A DNA stretch of 58,690 nucleotides, filler included, from Sluysia triapertura (lineage: Eukaryota): assembly GCA_046118255.1 (NCBI GenBank). It is 4 parts of 4 records of this genome, joined end to end, with 100 filler letters (N's around TTAATTAATTAA, not from the genome) between each part and the next. Parts side by side here need not be neighbours in the genome. Positions count along the whole stretch, not along the records: positions 38,897 to 58,690 come from JBJNIA010043239.1; 3 more parts are not named here. One strand, written 5' to 3'. The translations under genes were made by a program, and so were the position numbers. Positions 50,327 to 58,690 of the stretch are shown here, one piece after another (within the stretch, counting starts at the first letter, position 1; the number at the start of each line of letters is the position of its first letter). Under the pieces are notes generated by a model that was not told the DNA's origin, made no database searches, and worked only from the letters and a program-made list of their open reading frames with translations.

Positions 50327-53300
50327 CTAAAATATGCAAAATAATTTGATATAATTATCATATTAAATTATTTTTTGATCGTAAATAAAATAAATTTTTT
50401 ATAATATGTACAATTAATCCTTACATAACTGAATTAAGAATTATTATTGGCGTCAAAAAATACACAAACAACACTTATAACAAATATGTCAACAGACTCA
50501 TTTAAATTAAAGAAATAAAGAAAAATATTATTGATTTCGCATCATGTGTTACTTACAGTCCATAAAATAACAATTCAATATAGCATCAAAATGTAGCCAA
50601 TGGTTAAAATTGATTTCAATTGCATTATTCAAAACATAAATGCTAATATTATATTTCGTATTAAGCGCAAATACTTTACACTAAATATGCAACGAAATCC
50701 ATTTTGTCTCTAAATATTTCAAGTCATTGTTAACTTAACAGAATTAACTTTCTGATTACCCAAAAAAGTATGTATGCATTGCATACCATGCAAGTCCATT
50801 GGACCCATAAAATAAAAAAGTTAATTTTTTCATTTAAATAAGATTTATTTAATACATCAATACAATTTTCATGAAACATATTACTAAAAGATAACTAGTA
50901 AACGGAAAGTTAATAATGCTGTTTCATTTAATGAAAACTTTTATTACTTAATAATTTCTTATTTTTGATCAGTCAACTAATAAAAATAATAAAATTAACA
51001 ATTTAACATAATAAAAATTAACTTTTAGGAAAAAATTAATTAATAATTGAAATGTTGTAATTTAATTATTAACTAACGATTACTATTATTGTTAGAATTG
51101 AAATAAAAATAAAATTGTATAAAATTTTGTAAATATTATTTGTTATAAAATGAAATTTTAAAATTTTGTAAAAAATTAAATATTTCTAGAAATTTTAAAA
51201 TAAAAAAATTGTAAATAAAATATTAATTAATTAATAAAAATTAATTCAATTTATTTAATAGATTTTTTGATAATGAATTTTCCATTTGACTAATAAGGTT
51301 TGTAAAATCTTTCCATTTATGTAATGGATTCTAAAATAAAAAATAATTTATTTCTTAAAATGACTAAAAGATTCCAATGGATTTATTAGTATAAATAACA
51401 CAAACGAAAAGTATATAAAAACTGGAAAAACGTATTTGGTTCAATTAATTTGGGAAATCTTTTTAGTAGCTGGTCTAGAGATTGTATACATTTTTGGAAA
51501 TTCATTGATATTCAATTTTTGGACAGATTATTTAGACATTCGTTGCTGATTTGGAAATTCTATATTTTTTATTTTACGACATATGTTAAAAACCCATACG
51601 TTTTTGTTAAATAAGTTCACCTTACTTATTTAAGGAGAAACTGAACTTAAAATTTTTGGCTTTGGTTTAAGCCAGTTATAAATCATTATAAAAAGGCTTT
51701 AGAAATTCATTAGAATTAAAATTTTATATATTTATATTTTCTCTGATATATTGTTTATTATTATTAATTTATTTACCTTGGTTCATATATGTTGATTTAT
51801 TTTATATATGTTCTATAATACATAAAATAAAACGTACATATTTGTTCATAGGGTATAAATCTCCCAAACAATTAAAAGATATAATTTTCTTAGATATTTT
51901 GTTATAATAAACATTTATTTTAAGAATAGGTTATTCATTAGTGTAAATAATTGAATTAAAAGCAACGAAATGAATCAAATAAGTAGATGTCTATTTAAGA
52001 TATCTTTACTGTTAAGGAAATCATAAACAAGGATTAACCTAATTGTAAACACTGAAGAAAGTTTAAAATGTAGTTCATATTTATTTATTTATGCAGAAAA
52101 TTTATGGGTACGTTTTTTTACTAAAAATCATAAATCGTATACTATAGACGAATGCGTACAAAATAATTCTGCGTACAGGTACTTTAATCACAAGATAAAA
52201 GTAATGATAAAATATAAACGCAAAATTATTATTAACAATAATAATTATATTGTAACATAATATATCATTTTATGTTGTACTAATATCTACTAAAAGTGCT
52301 TTGCAAATTAAATCATTCATTTTAATATTTCTAAAATGGAAAGAACTTTGTCTTCATAATCTTCCAGTGATTTCTGACGGCTCGTTGATTTTTAAAAGTG
52401 GTATATAACCAATTACTTATTATTACTGTTTAAATTTTTATATCTTAAAAACATTCATTTGGTTTCTGTATCTTTTAACATTTCCACGAGATACTGATGA
52501 CTTCCACAAAGTACGCATTTATAGATTACAGTCGCTATTTTGAATTCTTCTCTAGCTTTTATTGATAACCAGTCACTTGTTTACTTGAATTTTTATATTT
52601 TCTGATTAGTTCAATGCTGCTTGAAATTATTACAATCGATATTATTAGTTATTGTTATCAATTAATAAATCCACGTTAATGAATTTCTAATATCGATATT
52701 CTCTAAATGGTATTTACACTTTTTGAATTCTATTCTAAATATTCTATATTCCCTATTTTTATTTCACATCTATCATTTTACCAACTACAACTTTGTTTCA
52801 TTTATTTAATATCGTAGCCGCTTTATTGCCGACATTTCATTGATTTTCGAATATGTATTTTCAAACCATTTTATTAATTCAATTATTCGTTAATATTTCT
52901 CTACTATTTATTTAAAATTCAGTTATATTGATAGATTTATAACAATATGACAAGGATACAAGTTAATAATATTACTGACTTTAATAGCTCACTATGTGAC
53001 ATTGGCTTAATATTTTAACGCTATGCTTTTTGTTAGAAAGTTACAAATCTCACCTATTTAAAGAAATTATTGTGTAACATAATCATAATAATAATAAAAC
53101 GTTTATAAATAACCATATTATAATAACTTTCTAATATATTTTATTTAAATCAATTAAATTAAATAATAATTATTTACAAATTGTATTTTTAAAATTTAAT
53201 TATTTATTATCAAAATGGCGTTTTACATTTCTATTGTTTAATCAACAAAAATTTTATCTACATTAAAATATTTAATAAATTATTCATTACTTATAAAATT

Positions 53301-53955
53301 AAACGAAAAATATTGCTTACAATATAATTGTTCTGATTATTGGTGTAGTTAATAGTATTGTCAATATTTGTATAATTAATAGTATTGGTTATAATTGAAA
53401 TTATATGTAAATTTTTGTTTATATTGATGGAATTTTTATTCTGACTGATATTAACTATTTTGATTATTAAATTTTGATTCACATTGATTGTTATTATATA
53501 TGGAATTAATTAACTGTTGATTATAAATACGGTGTAACAAGTGGGTAATAGGCAATCGAAAGTGAAGAGAAATTAGAATATTTGATCATAAAGAAGAGAA
53601 GATACATCCAATGAAAATATATTAATACATTGTGATGGCCGAGGTATGTTTGAATTGGTATTAAAATAAATTTTTATATCTTTAAAATTAAGAATTAAAA
53701 TTATTATATTAAGAAAATTGGACTTAAGGTCCTTGTAACTAAAGCAATTATACACTTTAAATTGATTAGAGAAATTAACGTCGTTATTAAACTTTATTTT
53801 ACGTATTAACAATTTAGAATTATTAAAGAAACAATAATGTAAACAAATATATTTAACTTGAGTCATAATTTTATAAAAATAACACAAATGAGTATTTTTT
53901 TTCTACAACAAAGTATTTATAGTCGTCACAGGTCTCAAATAAATTAATCAGTTCA

Positions 53956-54819
53956 TTAAAATTGCTTATCTAACATTCTCATTTCTTTAAAAACACGATT
54001 GTTGTTTATTTCGTTGCATCTGCTGGCTACCACCTTCCACGGTCCTGGCGTTATTTTGTTCATCTTACCATATACAACGTTTGGACCATCAATAATAACT
54101 GCTCGACACTTCCACGGGATCGACGATGGTTTTGATACAAGTGGTTTGAAAAACTGTTCATCAGAATTATTTAAAATTATATTTGATGTTTCAGAAATTT
54201 GAATTTCGTCTGGCATAAAACTTACTACGTCTGATGATTCGTAAAATTTAGTGTGATTAGATCTTAATAAATTGTTCGTTTCATGTCTAACATATTCTAT
54301 CTGAATACTATTTGTATCAGGCACATTAGATAACCATTCATGATCAATTTCATTAAAATAATCACTCATTTCATTCAATAGAAAAAATAAAAATATCTTA
54401 GATTTACCAGTTAATTTTAAATCACAAATAGTTTCTTCACTTTTCACTGCTTTAAATAATGACAATTCTATCAGTGTAATTTGACCCGCAATTATATAAG
54501 GAACAACTTTATTTAAATTCAATGAAATTCGTTCATGAATGCGGCCTTCTGAATCACATTCAGCTTCAAATGATACTAGTGAAATTCGTTTTAAATTTCC
54601 TGAATAAATTTTAAAATTACGATTATTTATGAGTTTATCATGCTGTGAAATTTCAAGTAACGGTATAGTGCCTGTTTCTTCAACAGAACCTGTATTTGTT
54701 GAATTTCCCTTGTCTATAAACATAGACAAGTCAGCACGAGTGCCTAGGCCTGACACGTCAAATTGTGTTAATCTTAGAGTAGGTGCTGAATCACAAATTA
54801 TAAGTAATCTTTGACTCAA
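53956..54819 (-). CDS. Stop-free 287-codon ORF derived from Gypsy pol fragments (RNase H, integrase pieces, GPY/F)
   Basis: In retroelement order: SAPTL..QFDVSGLGTRADLS, NRNFKIYSGN, DSEGRIHERISL..YIIAGQ, WLSNVP..H, KPLVSKPSSIPWKCRAVIIDGP, NKITPGPWKVV. The listed start is TTG, not ATG. Confidence 0.55.
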   Translation of the reverse strand: MSQRLLIICDSAPTLRLTQFDVSGLGTRADLSMFIDKGNSTNTGSVEETGTIPLLEISQHDKLINNRNFKIYSGNLKRISLVSFEAECDSEGRIHERISLNLNKVVPYIIAGQITLIELSLFKAVKSEETICDLKLTGKSKIFLFFLLNEMSDYFNEIDHEWLSNVPDTNSIQIEYVRHETNNLLRSNHTKFYESSDVVSFMPDEIQISETSNIILNNSDEQFFKPLVSKPSSIPWKCRAVIIDGPNVVYGKMNKITPGPWKVVASRCNEINNNRVFKEMRMLDKQF

Positions 54820-55127
54820 TCCGATGAATTTGTAGAAATATACTTCAGAGCTGTTTCAACGTCATTAAAAACTACACTCTCATTATTACAACTTATATCT
54901 TCCGGTAAAGTTCTTGAAATAACAACATTAAGACGATCTTTTAACTGTGGACATGTATTACATTTATTGCTACACACTAATACGACATTTTTTCGATTTG
55001 TATCTGTTACTGTCTTTGTTATCCTTACCAAATGTAGCATTTCCTTTTTTAAGTTCCACGACAATTTTCCTTTATATCCAATACCATCATTTTCGCAAAC
55101 AGCAACGATCAGTTTTAATTTCGACAT
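54816..55127 (-). pseudogene. DHFR: Dihydrofolate reductase N-terminal fragment, degenerate and truncated
   Basis: LKLIVAVCENDGIGYKGKLSW.LKKEM...KNVV...LKDRLNVVISR; MGRKTW is replaced by VCSNKC and the stop comes before the IGG motif. Confidence 0.85.
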
Positions 55128-55215
55128 AAATCACAAATTATTTTTTTGAAATGTCGTCTTTGTTTTTTTGAATTTTTATTCGATAAAATTAATGGATCAC
55201 ATTAAACTTTAATGA

Positions 55216-56422
55216 TTATTTATTAAAAATAGTAATGAAAAGTGGTATCCAACATTGCACATCAGTATTACTCAGTTCATCCAATAAACTCAATTTATCC
55301 ATATTGGTCCATTTTTGAAATTGATTTAATAGTGTACAATTTATGATATCTTCTGTCAATGTACGGATAATTAAAGCAATATCCATAGATTTTTCACAAA
55401 CAAATTTTCTGCCTGTATTAAAGTTAGCTTGTAATGACTGTAAAATAGTTTTGATAGAATTACAAATTGAATTGCAATTATTATTAAGAGAAGTTTTTGT
55501 TCTTTGTATAATTTGATTATCATGTTGTGCAGTTCCATTCACTAATGGTTGATTAGTGACTAATTTAAGAGATTGCTGATTAAACTCGATGTCTTGATTT
55601 ACTTTTTCTAATATACGAATTGCTTCATTACAATTATAAGAATTTGTATCCATTAAAAGTTTTATTAATTGATCAATCTAAATATAAATCTAGATTTATT
55701 ACTTATTATTAGAAGTAAAACAAAATAAATAAAAATTAAAATTTGAAATGTTTTTGTAATAATTTCAATATCAAATTGAAAGCAATTAAGATGTATATTT
55801 AATTATATTCAATATTCCCGAATTCCACCGGTCATAAAACACGAACTTAGTACAATAAATTCCGTAAATAATTTTATAAATAATATTGTTATCTTAAAAT
55901 TGAAGATTATAAAGAAGATGAACAATTACTCGACTATGAAGTTCACGAGCTTTAAGAATCAGTTGTGCTCTAGTTGCTGCTATAGCAGGATCAAGATTCG
56001 AAGTGGATTTGATCAATTGTTTAGACTGTTCTCCCACATTATGGACGCTATCATTAACTTGACTAAATCGATTTGCATCTGGAATCTGTTTACCGGCAGA
56101 TTTCCAAGCTTCAGTTAATTGTCGATATTGATCAGTAAGTTCTACAGCCAATGGTGATATGGCAGCACGACTGTCTTGTTGTGATGATGTATCTTTGATA
56201 TCATTGGTCAAGTGTAACATCTTGTGGCACAATTCCAACATTTCATGAATTCTATTTAAATCTACTTTTGAATAAGGTGTTATTTCAGTTTGGACATTCT
56301 GTAAAAATAAAAATTAACATTTTTACTTACTATTATTTAAAAGTAGATAAAATATGTTTAAAATAGTTCAATTGCTCATTTCCAACCTTTAAATTTAATT
56401 CCTTGTAAAAATATAAATAATG

Positions 56423-56481
<59 letters not shown>

Positions 56482-56966
56482 CTTAGCCTTTGATTGGGTA
56501 ACAGTTTCTAGAACAACACTAGTTGTGTTTTCAGTTGTTGAAATTTTATCCAATGCTCTTAAAAGATCTTCACAACTGTCTTTGACACACTGTGCCATTT
56601 CATCGATTTGATTGTGCGCTGAAGTTGCCTAAAATATGAAATAATATAATACACAAAATAAATTTTCATCCAATCATATTAATTAAAATTAAATCCAATC
56701 ACCTTTGGATTTCCACCGGATGTTTTAATGGCTTTTATAAATTGAACATTGGCTTCCAAGATTGTACATAAGTGTTCCAGATAAATATTAGAATTTTGAA
56801 CTAACTCTGTGTACTTGGATGCTTCCAGACAACCATTACTTATTGACTCAAGCAACTGACAATATCGTGGAGTTAAATTGTGTCCGATATGTTCGGGCTC
56901 TTGTTTACCGGATCGACCAATCGTATATACAGAAGTTGGCATTTGACGAAGGGCACTTTCGAGAAC
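55216..56966 (-). CDS. TLN: Talin rod region (R9-R11-like), 4 exons; upstream exons not seen in the window
   Basis: Exons 56966-56703, 56628-56482, 56298-55930 and 55677-55216, all phase 0 GT-AG. EPEHIGH, AIKTSGGNPK, ISPLAVELTDQYRQL, VHNVG and QLILKAREL match talin EASQLGH, AKEAGGNPK, LGPLANQLTSDYGRL, VQELG and ELIECARRV. Confidence 0.88.
56418..56480. repeat. (AAT)n microsatellite in a talin intron
   Basis: About 20 units directly adjacent to the splice donor at 56481. Confidence 0.95.
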
Positions 56967-57137
56967 CTGTGTAATTAAACTACATGGTCAAATCAAGTTC
57001 GGATAAATTTAATTGATTTATGATGTCCTAGAATAATCTAACCAATAAAATTTAAGCAAATTCATTCTTCATACCGAAAATAAGACTGGGCTTATATTAC
57101 TTTTTCATCTATCGAAAAACAAAATTACAAAGTAGAG

Positions 57138-57650
57138 CAAAGGTGCACAAACTAGGGGATGAGCCCTCGGAGGAGGCGCTAAAAATTTTAAAATTGTTAG
57201 ATTTTACAAACAAAGTTTTGTTTTTTATTTGAATATTTTTTGTTGTTTCTTACCAATTCAAGTAATTACATCATCTAATTCCATAATTTACGTTCTTCAT
57301 GTAGAACAATCATCAAGAATAAAATTTCAAATCAAATATACTTACAAATTCATAAAGCAATTATACATGTGCACACTAGAGATGTTTTGTTATTTGGTAT
57401 TCTGCTTATTTTTTAGCTTTTAATTAAAAATAACGTTAGCAGACTTATGTCACAATCTTGAAATAAGAGCGACGTGTTGAAAAAATATAAATATTTCACA
57501 AAAGTGAATATTGCATTTTAATTTTGTTAATTTTTCTTTATTTTTGCTAAAGAATTAATCTATTTAATTAATTAAGATACAGAAAAATACATTTTGTTAT
57601 AAAAAAAGGTGTTTATTTTATTTATGAAGTTTTTTTATAGTGGGAGCGCC
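57138..57650 (+). mobile_element. hAT-like non-autonomous element, sibling of 18261-18720
   Basis: TIR-like CAAAGGTGCACAAACT with a GC-rich subterminus; its 3' part is an inverted match to 18340-18610. Confidence 0.6.
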
Positions 57651-57819
57651 ATAAATCATTTTATTATTATTATATTGATGTATTTTCTCTTTTAATTTAT
57701 TATTACTCAAATCATTAAAAGTCTGAATTAATTTAAATGGTACATTTTCAAAATTTGTGATAAGAAATATTTTCATATTTAAATAGCAAATATCTCTTAT
57801 AGTGGAAGATATATTAAAC

Positions 57820-57872
57820 TGAGTTTGACTATGATCCTAGACTTAAACACTTAAGAGCTAATCCGTAGGATT
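57820..57872 (+). repeat. Short dispersed repeat, copy of 18830-18892
   Basis: GATCCTAGACTTAAACACTTAAGAGCTAATCCGTAGG. Confidence 0.75.
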
Positions 57873-58486
57873 TTTTAAAAGGTTTGAACTTAAATGATGT
57901 CGAATAAATATAATTCTCTTATTTGTTAATAAATATTGATGAGAATAAACAACGATAACTCTCTTAAACTATACAATTAGGTTGTATTATTTCTATGGTT
58001 GACTTGACTGGGATTAATTTACCATTATATTTAAGGATTAAATTTCCGCTATTAAGTGAGGTTATGAATGATGATTTTATATTTGATCCCATATAAATAG
58101 GATCTACAAAATAGGTATTTTTCTACCGAGTCGATGTGATTTTGTTTAGAAACAAGATCTTTAAATATGTTACATGGATTTAATTCAAAAAACTTATTAA
58201 CGTTTTAACACAAATATTTATTTATCAAAAGTTCAAATTCCATTATTAATCCAATTTACAAAGATATTATGATAATATAACGAATATCACATTTATACAA
58301 AATATTATAATAGACGATCTATAATAATTTGTTCTACATAATTATACGGCTCGATTACTCAAAAAGGTTCACTGGAATTTTTCTTGATATGTTAAGAATG
58401 AAACATTCAATTTTGAAGAGGCGACAGATTTATTTGTTTCTTCTTACATATTGATATTATACGTTAATTGATGAATTTTGATTTAG

Positions 58487-58690
58487 TATCTTGAAGCTCC
58501 TTCGCGAGTTAATCAAGTGGATGTTATTACCTCAGCCAAAGAATGTTCATATTTGATACAAAAATTGGCTAATTGTGTTGAACTTTTGAAAGGTATTTAT
58601 GATTATTATTATCATTATTAATTATATTCAAGTATCAGAAGGCCCAAAATTAGTCATGTATTTTAGACCTAGCAGTCCTGAATGTAAGAA
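58487..58690 (+). CDS. Partial exons of an unidentified plus-strand gene
   Basis: AG|YLEAPSRVNQVDVITSAKECSYLIQKLANCVELLK|GT (58487-58592), a 40-nt intron, then VSEGPKLVMYFRPSSPECK to the window end. Confidence 0.4.

Noticed and set aside
54060-54115. RAVIIDGPNV as a Regnase/NYN nuclease start (IDGSNV)
   Set aside because: No further NYN motifs; the context fits the integrase P-W-x-x-x-A-x-D-I-x-G-P region better.
54816-54860. Programmed -1 frameshift between DHFR and the pol-like ORF
   Set aside because: No canonical X XXY YYZ slippery heptamer in the overlap.
53999-55149. Plus-strand ORFs over the DHFR/pol locus, and the antisense ORFs at 27316, 29494, 30121 and 55900
   Set aside because: Antisense shadows of coding or low-complexity sequence.
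56395-56611. Poly-Ile ORFs
   Set aside because: Read-through of an intronic (AAT)n microsatellite.

Overview
Very AT-rich metazoan nuclear DNA with many 36-70 nt spliceosomal introns. This style fits a compact-genome invertebrate such as an orthonectid, but that is inference only. Three 100-nt N/TTAATTAATTAA linkers split the window into four contigs (1-10821, 10922-26798, 26899-38796, 38897-58690), so adjacency across linkers is unproven. Recognisable genes: a spliced SETD2-type SRI-domain gene (-), PLPBP/PROSC (+, last exon missing), an intronless tetraspanin (-), an intronless sex-peptide/MIP-receptor-like GPCR (-), one SHANK N-terminal exon (-), a truncated DHFR (-) and four talin rod exons (-). 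The rest is dense transposon debris (Ty3/Gypsy, hAT, Tc1/mariner, pogo, piggyBac-like). Most notable: (1) a multi-copy cassette with a heat-shock-element/CCAAT/TATA promoter block, a strand-skewed body, a conserved AAAAGATCRTGTA motif and an (ATT)n tail, sitting next to varied decayed gene fragments (RING, NSD PHD-C5HCH, Cys/His-rich); (2) a stop-free 287-codon mosaic of Gypsy pol pieces overlapping a truncated DHFR in the -1 frame; (3) a Gypsy element with an aspartic-protease ORF downstream of integrase, joined by an ATGA stop-start overlap; (4) an apparently SET-less SRI protein. All protein assignments come from manual translation and motif recall, not database searches.
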